This document shows positions 51,975-64,000 of a stretch of DNA of 64,000 bases, piece after piece; the first letter of the stretch is position 1; each line of letters begins with the position of its first letter. Below the pieces are notes generated by a model. That model saw only the letters and a program-made list of their open reading frames with translations. It had not been told where the DNA came from and ran no database searches. Source of the DNA: Bigelowiella natans CCMP2755 (Eukaryota > Protista > Cercozoa). Where the stretch lies: contig ADNK01000825.1 in NCBI GenBank assembly GCA_000320545.1, positions 67,031 to 131,030 of the forward strand, read 5' to 3'. The position numbers and the translations under genes were made by a program.

Positions 51975-54180
51975 TTATCAATGCATGTGGAACTTTCATT
52001 GCACGAGCAAGAGGGGGAGAGAAAGAGGAGAAAGAAAGAGAAGGAGAATGAGAAAGGAGAGAGGGAGAGAGGGAAAGAGGGAAAGAGGGAGAGCAGCGCA
52101 CCCTGTCCCTTCCAATAAGATGATCGGAGTAGCTCGTCCAGCAGGAACGTCGTTTGCACGAGCTTTTAATGAATTGTTTTCCTGGTTGTTTCTCCGCCTC
52201 CCTTTAACCCTCCCCCCCCCCCCCTCCTCCTCCTCCTCCTCTCCCATCTCCTTGTAGTCGTAGCTACCTTTCACTGCGAACCACGCTGTCAACCCCGCAC
52301 TGAGAAACCAGGAGGATAGATATAATCAAAGAACGACGACGATACATACCACCAGCACGGCAGTGGAACATAACCACACAACCCCGCCCCCCCCTCCAAC
52401 AACAAAAATAGTCCTGAAAGTGTGCTGACAATAACGTCGTGGGAAGATGTGCAGGGCAGGAGGAAGGGACTGCATATATCGGCAAGTGATGCCCTTATCA
52501 ACGGATGATGGCTGAGGTGATAACTCCTTTGCGTCATCTTCCTCCTACAACTAATTCTTCCACCGCAACTGCTGATGCAATGTAGTGCGTCACAGGCACG
52601 TTTTCCCACGGACTTCGACGTCGGCGAAGCAACAATGAGATCCTGCCCACGATAGTCTTCGGTTTGTCCGATCCAAATAGCACGCTACTATTCTCGAAAT
52701 AACTGTTTTTTCTTATCATGATTTGCAACTACACCATGGCAGTGTGCACGCCTCTTCGTCGCTAAGATACGCAGGAATCTTCGCCACTTCCGACTCTTTG
52801 ATTCTGATCGTATCCCGCAGCACCCCATGACGAGTTGTACCGCTATGGACGTCCATTCCGCCAAGAACCTTTATCGTTATGGAGGAAACAACAACAACAA
52901 CAACAACAACAGCAGGAACCACAACAACGCAATAATTTATGTTTTTTTGTTGGTGTATGGAGGTGGTGTGGGGAGAGAAAGTCTAAAGCGCAGCAGGCAC
53001 TTGCTTCAATTTGCGTCAGTAATGAAAATAAGGCAGATATTCTTAGAAGATCTTGCGGGTATCAGCCTCCTCCTCCTCCTCCACCCGTTCTAAAATCCTG
53101 CTATTTCCCAGTCGATATATAAGAAATGATAATTGCATAATGTCCTTCTACGGCAAGACATCAAAAATGAGGTTTTTGTTGTAACATGTCTACCTCTACC
53201 ACAACCACTACTGTTACTGCTGCTGCTGCTACTACTACTATAGAGATATAGATACCCCTGCCAAGGTGGAGGATTTGGGTTTGCTTCCTTTCCACTTGGG
53301 AAAGAAAAGAGGGCACACCTACCAAAAATACAGCAGGGGGGAAAGGGAGGGATTACATTAGAATTAAATATACCCCTTTCAATAGTTCTTACTGAACGAC
53401 GATGGTATTGGATAAGTACCAAAAATAAGAAAAACACGACAATGGGATTGATTTGTAGGATTGATTTGTGCAAAATCTATAATAATTGGTTGTTTTGTGT
53501 GACGTAGCAATACCCTGTCCCCCACTGACAAGAACTTGACATTTTCCCCAAGTCGAGTGACTACGCCGACGCAGTCGCTACATGGAATCTATCATGTGTG
53601 GTAAGTTCTTCTCAGAGGTGTACTTGAAATGTGCTCATTTGGGTGCGTAGTTGTGGCAGGCAGTACAACACACAATTAGGCGGTCATTGAATCAAGGAGG
53701 TTGGTTTCCGTACAAAAGGGAGATTCTTCGGAGACATGTACTTCGCGTGCATCTAATAAAAACAGCAGATTTGAAGGTATAGTCTCATTGCAGCGAATAT
53801 AATATAATCATTTCCGCTGATAATGTATCTCTTGACCAGGTCGCGGAAGTTGAGGCTGACGGCGCTCACTTTGATCTCAACCAAGTCGTCTTGGAGGGGA
53901 CCATCGCAATTATCTAGTGACAACCTGAAACATCCACTAAAATGAAAGCGATATTCGATGCCGGCTTGGACTCGTTCATCTCTAGGGATGAACGTCGACG
54001 CCGGAAGTACCCGAAACTGTTTCCAAGGCTTGGAGTGAATCGAAGGGAGTTGATCTTAGATCCTTCTGACGACATAAACGGAGGGAAAAACCGAACAAGA
54101 TCATTGAGTGCGCTCCTCACCTCCACCACTCCTATCATGGCGCGCTCACCTTCTCTGACAAGCACCACTCCTGACGCCAT
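49456..54180 (-). CDS. Medium-chain dehydrogenase/reductase (zinc-type alcohol dehydrogenase-like) with a C-terminal PTS1 (SKL)
   Basis: Exons give VEIKVSAVSLNFRDL, IPCSDCVGVVTRLGENV, LSDEEACTLP, VTAWFAV, FAKALGLKVICTS, GVDTVVDVGG, IRIQGLVVG, IRPVVGKVF and FGKVVIRV...SSKL*. Confidence 0.9.
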
Positions 54181-54199
54181 TGCAGTGCTTGCTCGGGAA

Positions 54200-55429
54200 T
54201 GATCAGCTGTCTTCTTCTGAGGAAGTGCTCTTCCTGTTCAAGAAGAAATGGCATGTATTACCACGGGAAATTTGCACAAAAACATTGTCGTTGCACGAAA
54301 TTGCATCATCAACTACCGGTAATGCAATGGCCGACCGTGCTCACGTCATGGAAACGGAGGAAAGCGGCAGGGGGGGTGATCACCAATGTCCTGTGCAAAT
54401 AATCTATTGTTCTAATTTTGGTGTGATGTGCTTTCAGGGGAGAAGCGCAAAAGCATATCGGATTACGAACGAGGAAGCGAAACAAAAGGTGATTTTCTGT
54501 TTTCTACATGAATGACTAACGCATTTCTCGGAACATGTGACCAAGTGGCGACCGTGCACTTTTGGTGAACTGAACCTAGAGCAAAAGCGGAATCAGATTC
54601 TTCTGCTGAAGAACGAAGTTTGCAAATGTATTCAGAACGGAAATTGAGGTTTGGCGGGGGTAAAGTATGAAGAACTGTGCGGGTCAGTTCTACAAGTAGG
54701 AGCACGGGTGCGCACAGGGTCTATTGAGGATGGGAAACTGAAGCACAATACAAGCATGCCTTTTCCAGAAGAAATGGAGATTACTAGGCCAGATTGGTGG
54801 CCATCGAACGCAATGCCATGGCCACCAACCATCAGGATCCAAACTTTCCTTGTGAGGACTTTGCAATCTTAGACGTCATAACATTGTGTGTGTTTGGCGT
54901 GACAGTCTCCGAGCCGACTTTCAAAAGCATGGGGGACCTTGGTAACGCAAAGACATTGGTGAATTGTCAAGGGAACATCAAGCATTTCCCTGATGTGATT
55001 AGAAGATTAGGGATCATGAAAATTCCAGGCGACGTCAAATTGGTTTGTGTGTATCTCGTGCCGTACAAAACATTGGAAAAGGTTGTATGGTGATGGGAGA
55101 AGCCTAACATCTCCAGGACTCCACAAAAATTTCCAAGAAAGGGCTTAATATGACCTCACTGACAAGAAGGAAGTGGATGCGGCGTTGGAAATGCGATGGA
55201 TGCTCCGTGGCACAAGAGTAGCAACCTTTATTGTGTGCGGTTTTCTAGCAACTGAAGAATTGTTCTCTTTGTAGGTAAAACACTTTCAAAGAAAAGGGAT
55301 TTGCTAAAGGATCATGCCCATGATTGCAAGATCATCATGGACTTACACCTAAGGAAAGAAATCATGGCAGCTGGAATTCCAATAGAATGTGCTGATGAAG
55401 AATTTCGAAACATCTTTCACAAAGTTTGA
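54200..55429 (+). pseudogene. Decayed Crinkler/RHS-type NTPase-associated PD-(D/E)xK nuclease remnant
   Basis: One frame runs 54180-54872 with in-frame TGAs at 54513 and 54645, then shifts frame. Motifs in the expected order: EEVLFLFKKKWHVLPREI, FSEHV, GLAGVKYEELCGSVLQVG, PNFPCEDF...VFGVTVS, VCVYLVP. Confidence 0.55.
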
Positions 55430-56090
55430 TTCTAGTGATTGTGGACGGCGTTCTGTGACTGCAATGCGACACGATGGCGCGATGCTCTGCTGTGGATTTT
55501 TGCTATGCCATTTTAACAAAGATTGTTTTCACCGAAGACATGTGATGTGCCTAGGATTTTCATCATGTCATTCTAGCAATTTAATTCAGCAGTAGGTCGT
55601 CAGTAGGCATGAATCTAGAAGTTTTCATGTTGCGCAATTCCCGCAATTTTTGCCACCATCGATAGTAGGGAAATGAAATGTGGGGTATGGTCATTGCCCA
55701 GCAGCAACAACAGGTGCAACAGGCGAAGGCGATGCAGGCTGTGCTGCTCGTCAATCTAGCTGGCCCCCTAGTAGCCTCTGGCTCGCCTGCTGACAGCATT
55801 TCACCATGCATCACACTCGTTTGTTGCTGGCTCGTGCGAAGTTTTCTTTGTGGCATCATTGCCTCACGCAAACATCATGCATTTGATCAAATGCATTTGT
55901 TTTCATGTGGGTGCCAACAAGCTGCAGCGCGTTGAATTGCACGATGTCCACAGAGCAGTGTGGTGCACATGTTGTCTGGTGCCACTGCAAATGACTCACT
56001 TATAGACTTGTCAATGAAATCAACTAGAACATGGATCATCAACAACACGAGTTCTTCTGTGTCATGCATAGCAAAAAGCAGAAGATATTG

Positions 56091-58415
56091 TTATCTGTAG
56101 TGAATCTTAAACTCCCCGTTTCCGAGAAGGGTTCGAACAGCAACGTACTCTACATCAATAGGCTTGGCATTCGTGTCCTTCCATGTAAGTAGCTTGCTAC
56201 TTCCTACTTCATCTCCTGAGAGAATACGCACAAAATAGACAGTTTTGCGTTAAAAACATGCATTGTCGACACTGTAATGATCTACTCTCTGCGGCAATGG
56301 CTACCTTTTCCAATCTGTACATTCCCATTTCGAAACGATATCCAAAATTTTCTAAGCTCGTTGGGATCCAGCAGCCCTGCAGAATGGTAATAATTTGTTT
56401 TTTCGTTTCTCGTACGAAGACAAGAATACATGATGCAAAGGTGTATCGATGTACTAATAGAACGTTATTCGCATCCCACTATTGCTTTCCCTCTCTCTCC
56501 CGCTCTCCCCGTTTCTCCGCACGCGAACCTTGAGTGTTCAAAGAGGCCCCGGAGCCTTCGTCAAGGCCGGCCATCACGAAATAGCGGTCGCCTTTAAGCT
56601 GCAAGTAATCGAGGGGGGGGAATCGGGTTATTTTGAGGTCAATTAGCAATTTAGTTGCAAGAAAGAGCAAATTCCTCGGAGCTGGAGGGAGGGGAAGCGG
56701 GGTTTGTGCATAATTGGTAACAAGTGATACTACCAGTTTCATGTTGTCTCCGTCGCCGTCTTTGCTCTCTTCGTTGAGAGCAAATCCTGAGTATGTAAGC
56801 AAACAATATAAGTTATGTGGAAAGTAGTGATAGCAACAGAAGTAGTAGTAGGAGTAGCAGCAGCAGCAGCAGCAGTATAAGCGGTAGGAGTAGTCGCCCA
56901 TTCTATCGTAAATATCCTCAGTACCTGCATCAGCCTTCCGACTGCTAAATTTGATGTGCCACAATGCATGCGTGAATCCTCCGGCCGACATCACAGGCTG
57001 GCTACTAACAAGAGCCACCTGTGATGTGCGAGTTGGAACCGAATAGAACAGAATATCAACGTAAAGGGAGAGATAGACAGGTGAGGCCAAAATAGAGCAT
57101 GCACCATCATTTCATCATATCCCCAACAAATTAATTTGCATGCCTGTTACATGTTCATGTAAGATAGAGCATTTGTTTGGTGTGATTAAGAAATGCCGCT
57201 AGCCACATCACCCCACCTGCTGGGTGCCGTTGTAATTCGCAAATGCGATCCGAAGGCCGTTTCCTATCAGTAGCGGTTGCGTTGTGATTTTGTACGTGGC
57301 ATCGAATTGCATTGCAAGAATTGCATGCACTAGGAGCAGCATATGGTGGATTGGAGATATCTCCTGCAGTAGTAGTACCTGCTATGATCCGGGATGTAAA
57401 TCCGTGGGCTATGGGGAAGTTACTGGGGAGAATATCACGCAAGTTCGCCTGCAGCCTGAATCTATGGATGACCATCTTGCCCCCCTTGGCTGTGTATCTG
57501 CGACACCCATTGGTATGGTATCAGGCAAAAAGCGAAAAGAGGGGGAGTACGGACACTAGTGGGGGAGGGTGGTTGGGGGGGGGGGACAGTATGTGTAATG
57601 TGGGATAATGACGGGAGGAACAGAACTGCATAGGAGCGCTGAGATCGGTCGTATGGTAGTTAATTGGGAATGAAAAGCAGCTGGAAATCACTGACCCTCC
57701 GAAGATAATGTTCCGCTGCCCTTGCGCCTTGGCCAAAAGCTTAGCTCTGAACTGCTGGTAGGACGGGGTAGCTGGAGCAAACAACCAAGGATGATTATTA
57801 TCGTGGTTAGCTTTACTGTTACAATCCAAGTTTGCGTAGTATTGATTATAGCAATGACGACGACGACGACGACGATGATGATGATGATGATGATGGGAGC
57901 AGCCTCACATGAGAATCCATCGTTTGTAAAGTCCCATAGCTCACAGAATTGCGGGTATTTGGTGATGTGCAGTGGCTCATCAAGGACGAGAGATGCTGTT
58001 ACAACGATAGCTTTAGTTAGAACCATCGATACAGACAACCTCCCACCATGGGACATATAAGATATATTCTCAATCACTAACCCCAGCTGCGTCTTTTTAT
58101 AGTCGTCTGCTTGTTACCAGAACCAGAGAGTTGAATGTGGTAAACCTGGAAGTAGTAATAAAATGAACATTATTAATGAGATAGGTCGGGCGGCGGGGAA
58201 ATGTATTTCTTTTATTCAGTGGAAAACACGTGGGGAGAGAGAGCGAGGAGAAGGAGGAGGAGGAGGAGGAGGAGGAGGAGGAGGGGAAAGAGGAGGGGTG
58301 TGAAAAGGGTTTGGAAAACTGCATGTGGCTTCCACAAGCATTGGTTTTCTGCCAAGGCGTTTCCAACACTTTAGTAGTGGTGTGGGTGTGCTGCTCTCCG
58401 GCACCGTTTAGAAAG

Positions 58416-58453
<38 letters not shown>

Positions 58454-59251
58454 TATATTTTATATAAACATATATCATCCCTGATGATAAATTTGTGGCT
58501 GCAGTACCTCCCCCCTCTTCTGCCTTGATTTCATCAACACGATCTCAACCAGCTGGCTTGCTTTAACTGAAAGCAATAGAGAGCGCCCCCGCACCAGCGC
58601 CGGTATGAGCGTGAATTCATACGAATTACCGGTTTTGGCACTAAATGCCTTTTCGGCGGCAGAGGCGGCAGCATGTGAGTAGTCTGGACTCGCACGGCAC
58701 TTGCACCTGACGTTTGTAAGGGACAAGGAAAGCACTGACGCATCACACGCTACTCGGGCTCCTCATCAAAGAGAAAGAGTGTGAGAATGAGAGAAGGCAA
58801 GGCATATGTTACTTCAATAACATCAAGGTTGCTCGATTGCTTTCAGCACGATCCGACTATCTTTTTCTCTCTATTCTTCTGTGCAACTACTTACATGTCA
58901 AACTCGTCCCTGAGCTCCACATTCGATGTAAGCGGGTCGGCGTAGGCCATCTTAAGACTGCATCGGAACTGATCCCATACGGCCTCCACCTTGTGGCACG
59001 TCATTATTACACAATCATCACCACCATCATCATTATCATCATCACAATCATCGTGCTCACATCATAACAGCACATCGCTACGGTCATCTGTTATTACCGG
59101 GCCAAATTTCTTCCAGGACAGCATATCTGTGGCGTTCTGGATCTCACGCGATCTTACAGTGTATTCGTTATCTAAAGGGTTTAAGGGCAGCCCTGTACAG
59201 GGGTCCAATAGTAAAGGAATAGTTAAGGAATCGTAAGGAGTTGAAAGAGAA

Positions 59252-59285
<34 letters not shown>

Positions 59286-59584
59286 TCAATAACAAGAAAA
59301 CCCAATAGATTACTTTATGCAATAATGAAGCTACAAAATAGCACCGCTACTGTAGCAGCATAATACGTATTTGAGTGTTGGTTTAATTTTAAAGAAGACG
59401 GTCCTTTCCAAACAAACCTCTCTTCTTCCTTGGAAAGCTACTAGCGCCAGGAAGCCCCGATGCTCTCTCGTCTTCATCTATAATTGTATGGCATCATCCC
59501 ATCAACCCAAGGAAGAAACACGGCAAAGGAGTTGAAAAGCGAGCAGACAATGGGAAGTAGGGAGGGAGGGAGAAATAGATAGAT

Positions 59585-59630
<46 letters not shown>

Positions 59631-60347
59631 AGAAAAGGTAAGATAGAGAGGTTAAGTGTTTCGTGGATCAACTATGAGGCCATCTATGGTTCTTTACCTG
59701 TCGTGTCCTCTCCATTGTGTTTGCGTTGAAACAATTCTGCCAGAGCTGTAAGGTTCCCAAACACGGACGAATTGGTTGCTTCGAAGACCTGCAATTATGC
59801 GCAAATTACGATTTCTTCTCAGTGCAATGTCCGTGTTGATTGGCCCCAGAGTAAGTGTCATCATCATCATCATCATTGCCGTCGTCGTCACCACCACACC
59901 TGGGTTTGAAGAAGATATAATATCGAACATTGCGGATCTACAGTCAGAGATGATGATGAGGGCTTCTCTCCTCCTTCCTTCATTTCTATAAAAGAGGGCA
60001 GCGTGGAATCCACAGCTGCCATTTCCTCTGCTCTTAGCTTCAAGAATGCCTCAATTGCACTGCCATTTTGTGATAGCTCTTGCAGAATCGATGGAAGCAT
60101 GATTTCGTCAAAAACGCGAGCTTTCTCCGCAATTTGTCTGTATGTCAATGGCAAATCCATTCACGGGATCAGTGAGAAAAGATGGTGTTTAAATGATGGG
60201 AGAGGGACAACGATAAGGCGGGGGTACATTTATCACAATATTTATTTGTTTGCCCTCTACTTCCTCTCTCAATATCGTGATCATGCCAGAGCCATGTTCC
60301 TCATCATCGCCCCGCCATTGTCATAATCACCACCACCACCATCACCA

Positions 60348-60386
<39 letters not shown>

Positions 60387-62583
60387 GCAGTAGTAGCGGC
60401 TCGAGACCCACCCAGGAACGAGATCGGGGTCGTTGAGCACGTAGGGCATTTTGAAGAAGAAGCGCGCATAGCGCTCCAAGCGTGCGAGAGCCGTGATCCC
60501 TCAGAACGGCGGCGTAAGTGGAGTTGTAATCAAACACTGACGGGCGCTTTGGCTTTGCCCATATATCAAATCTTGGCCGCGGGAATAGGTTTCTGAACTC
60601 TTGGCGATACACGTTTCTCTGCGTGTAGCAGTAGTCTTTCCACGCCGAGATCCTCTTCTCCAGCTCGCGTATGCTCTTAGTATCGATCATCGTTGGGCCC
60701 CGCGTGGCGCTATCATCTGCGGCTCCTGGGCGCTCGCTCCGCCTGAGGAAAGAGCCACTCCTATGATGCCGGCGACCCCGTAGCCCACGACGACGATGGC
60801 CAAGGGGCAAGGAGTGAGGATGATGATTCTGGAATTGCTGCTGCTGCTGCTCACGGTCTTGAGGAGATGATGATGATGATGATGATGATGATGACGATGA
60901 GGCTGCAAACCTTGCTTGTCGCCCACTCGCAGTAGAGCTCCCCTTTTTCTTGGGATTACTGCCAATGGCGGTCGTGGTTACAGGCGGGTTCCACTCGTAA
61001 AGGTCTCCATCCCAGGTGCTCATCTTGCTTTGGAACTCCTCCGACGGCTTCGTCGGCTTGCACATATCAGACAAAGCGAAGAGGCTGTCCTTTTGGCTAC
61101 AAACGAGTAGGTTGATCGGAATAATGTCTTTCACCTTTTCCTTCATCACATACACCATTTGCCGGACACTCGGCAATTCTCCTACAAGCACGCGTGGGCC
61201 AGAGGGACGCAGCCGTGGGAAAGCGTCTTCGTTCGCGTTGGCAGAAGATGCGGTGTCTGTTTTCAATTCAGCGTTTCTGTCGTTGAATGTTGTCGCGTCT
61301 TCTGCTGTCCTAGCTTCCTCATAGTCCCCAGCCGCATTAACATCCTCATGAAACCGGAGGGCTGCTTCTCTAAGGGCTGGTGTCGTCAGCTGACCATGCA
61401 TCATTACCAAGCTACCTATATCTCTCCAACACCCAGGACAACTCTCCCCACCCCCCCTTGTTGCTGCTATGCCATATTTGAGTCGCCCCATGGCCTCGTT
61501 AACTGTAAGCACCGACTTTGATAATGCAGCCTCGTTATTGTCTCCGACATCCAAGGCAGCACGCTTGCTGTTTTCTATTGCAGCTGTAGCAGCGAGCAGC
61601 CTCCGCTGAGCTGCCTTTTCCCGGAGCATGACGTGAATTTGAGCAGGCTCAACGAGGCAAGAGCCAGGGATTGCCAAAGCAGAGATGATAAGCTCTGTCA
61701 GTCTACCCGCCTCTTCTTGGCTATGGTGGTGGTGGTGGTGGTGGTGGTGATGCTGCTGCTGCTGATTATCACTGCTTCCGTCATTCCCACTCAATTTAGC
61801 AAATATCTCAGGCGCTGAAAGCCACGTGCTTTCATACGCCATCTCGCCAACAGAGCGTGAATTACTGCCAATTTGACCACCACGATTACTGCCCGATCCA
61901 GCAGTAGAAGGGAGTAGCAGCGGTGAGGTCTCGGGGTCTTGCAGAAGAGATGCCCAAAGTCTGGATACGAAGCACGATCAACAACAATTGCAACAACCCA
62001 TGAGGAGGAGGAGGAGGAGTATGAGGAGTAGGAGGAGGAGGAGGAGGAGGAGAGAAGGCCAGAAGGTCACGATAGAAATGATGCGGTGATGACAGGCAAA
62101 GAGGAGAACATTACGTCCTCCGATGGTAACAGCAGCAGCTGCCATCACCATAATCATAACTATCAATCATCATCACCATCATCATTCGACGCTATCAGAT
62201 TATCGAAGTAACAACTTACTCTGGAGGCTGTGGCGTATTCCAACAGTTATCGCCCAAAGACTGCAGCACAAACTTGAACTTGTTTCTGTCCACAGCGAAC
62301 CCTTGCCTTTCTAACACGTTGCAGACACTCTTCGCACTTCTTGCGAGCTGATGAGCCAACGAAGATGTTGCGTCCGGAGTGAGTTTGCTCTGAGAAGGAT
62401 GATGGTGGTATGTGCGTGAGAAAGAGATGAGGATTGTTTTACTCAGCAAAACAGTCAAACTGCATCAGTAGCAGTGGGGGGAAAGGGCACACAAACGGTG
62501 AGCATGATAATTGTTCTGATGGAAAACAATGGTGGTCTCTATATACATCAAGAGTTGCAGACCAAAATGGTGATGACGATCAC

Positions 62584-62616
<33 letters not shown>

Positions 62617-63940
62617 AATGGTATCGAAAACGCAAGTGGAAGAAATGCGCAATAACAACACCCCCCCTCACGGATATTTTGCAAAAACAATACCAGAGCG
62701 TTGTTGAGCATCTGCATAACGCTGCGATGATCCAAGGTCTTAAAGCTACTCTTCATGCATCCGCCTTGTTCAGAAGCCGAAGATGACGACAATGAGGAGA
62801 GGGGAGAGAAGAATGACGATGACGTCGCCGTTCGGCGAGCTTGCCTTGAGGTAAATCGCACATCAGTTGTATTATTTTGACCATATCTTCTCTTATCCGC
62901 AGCTGCTGTCATTGCAGCATCATCCATGCTGTTAACGTCGGTGGAGCTTGATGCTAGTAGAAGGTCGTTCGGCGTTATCCTGGTAGTATTGTGGTTATTA
63001 TCACTGCCATACTGCAGCTGTGCGAGGTCCACTTGACCAAAGGCTCGGAACAAAGCCCGTGCATGCGGCAATGGGATGTTGAGTTCTCGTGCAGCCTCTA
63101 CAGGAGAGAAGTAGGTGATACCATCGGTCTGGGTGTCCTCCAACGATGACGAGGAGGAGCGGTGACCCGCCAGCTTCGCGAAGCGAGATTTCTCCAAGAG
63201 CTGCTCCAGCGCCCTGTCTTTCAGTCGTAATGTACGGCGCTCAAAGGCTGCCGTGTGAATCTCTCCCTCTTCTATCTCGCCAAGATTCCTCTCTGCAATG
63301 TCAGTCTCTTCTTCTTCTTCTTCTTCTCCCCCCTCTCCTTCGGAGAACATCTGTCGAAAATGCGGTGGGAGTTGCCCCGGAAGCCTCCCCCAAGAAGGCA
63401 CACCACCTAGCGAAGGTTTAGCGGTAATAGTTGGTACAGGTTGGTATCACCGAGAAATTAATGTGAGATATACAGCATCATTGGATGTTTCACGTTTCAT
63501 TCCACTCAATGCTCAGCAACGGTGTCGAAGTATTTACTCATAATTTACACACAAGATAGTCGGATGGTTGTCGTTTGTGTTGGCTGAAAAACCGAGGAAA
63601 GTCACAATTTGGATCTATTCTGTAGCATTCTGTCCACACACAGGCATCGCTTTATTCGCAGGGTTGCTTGTCGTGTGATGGGGATATAGTTTATGAACAC
63701 TACCTAGCGGGTGGAGCAGTGCCGTAGGATTGTTGTTATCGGAAAGCGAGCCTTTGAACAGCGCCATCATCAGAGAATTAGGTGTCCTCAGGTCTTCATC
63801 AGTGAATTTGAACAGATCGTAAACTCCCTTTGCTACTAGATTCATTGCTGCGATCTCCGGAGGGTCCAGGATTCTATCCAATGAACAAGCAGAGGAGGAG
63901 GAGGAGGAGGAGGAGGAGGAGGAGGAGAGAAACGAGGAGC

Positions 63941-63981
<41 letters not shown>

Positions 63982-64000
63982 ATTAGCAGGAAGAATGCGT
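56091..64000 (-). CDS. 3' part of a large multi-exon protein with a C-terminal farnesoic-acid O-methyltransferase-type (Methyltransf_FA-like) domain; 5' end lies outside the window
   Basis: Long - ORFs 62580-63401 and 60304-61842, plus spliced terminal exons ASLNTQ|GLLDPNELRKFWISFRNGNVQIGK|GDEVGSSKLLTWKDTNAKPIDVEYVAVRTLLGNGEFKIHYR* (TAA 56093-56091). Confidence 0.7.

Noticed and set aside
54513-54647. Selenocysteine or stop-codon readthrough at in-frame TGAs
   Set aside because: Accompanied by frameshifts and general CpG decay, so pseudogenisation is the simpler explanation.

Overview
Eukaryotic nuclear DNA from an intron-rich, microsatellite-laden protist genome. The style is consistent with a chlorarachniophyte such as Bigelowiella, but that is inference only. 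Most ORF-track entries are exon fragments or microsatellite artefacts. Manual splicing on GT-AG boundaries gives 11 protein genes and one pseudogene, strictly alternating in strand: (+) CaaX-tailed acidic protein (5' end outside the window); (-) MGxxCS-type acylated protein; (+) ~27.4 kb giant HERC/HECTD4-like HECT E3 ligase with an RRM-like domain, a CCCH finger, a long FG-repeat minisatellite exon, LamG-like and UBA-like domains; (-) AT-hook/CW-finger/SANT chromatin protein; (+) UMA-like/UBA-like protein; (-) acidic/RGG/poly-Pro protein; (+) intron-containing HNH endonuclease; (-) small SH3 protein; (+) D-2-hydroxyacid dehydrogenase; (-) MDR-family dehydrogenase ending in SKL; (+) decayed Crinkler/RHS-type nuclease remnant; (-) large protein with an apparently split FAMeT-type C-terminal domain (5' end outside the window). 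The most notable features are the nucleoporin-like RNA-binding HECT ligase with three near-identical introns flanking frame-preserving exons, palindromic CTAG/CATG/TGCA-rich convergent spacers, and complementary microsatellite pairs inside introns. All domain calls come from motif recognition by eye; no database search was run.
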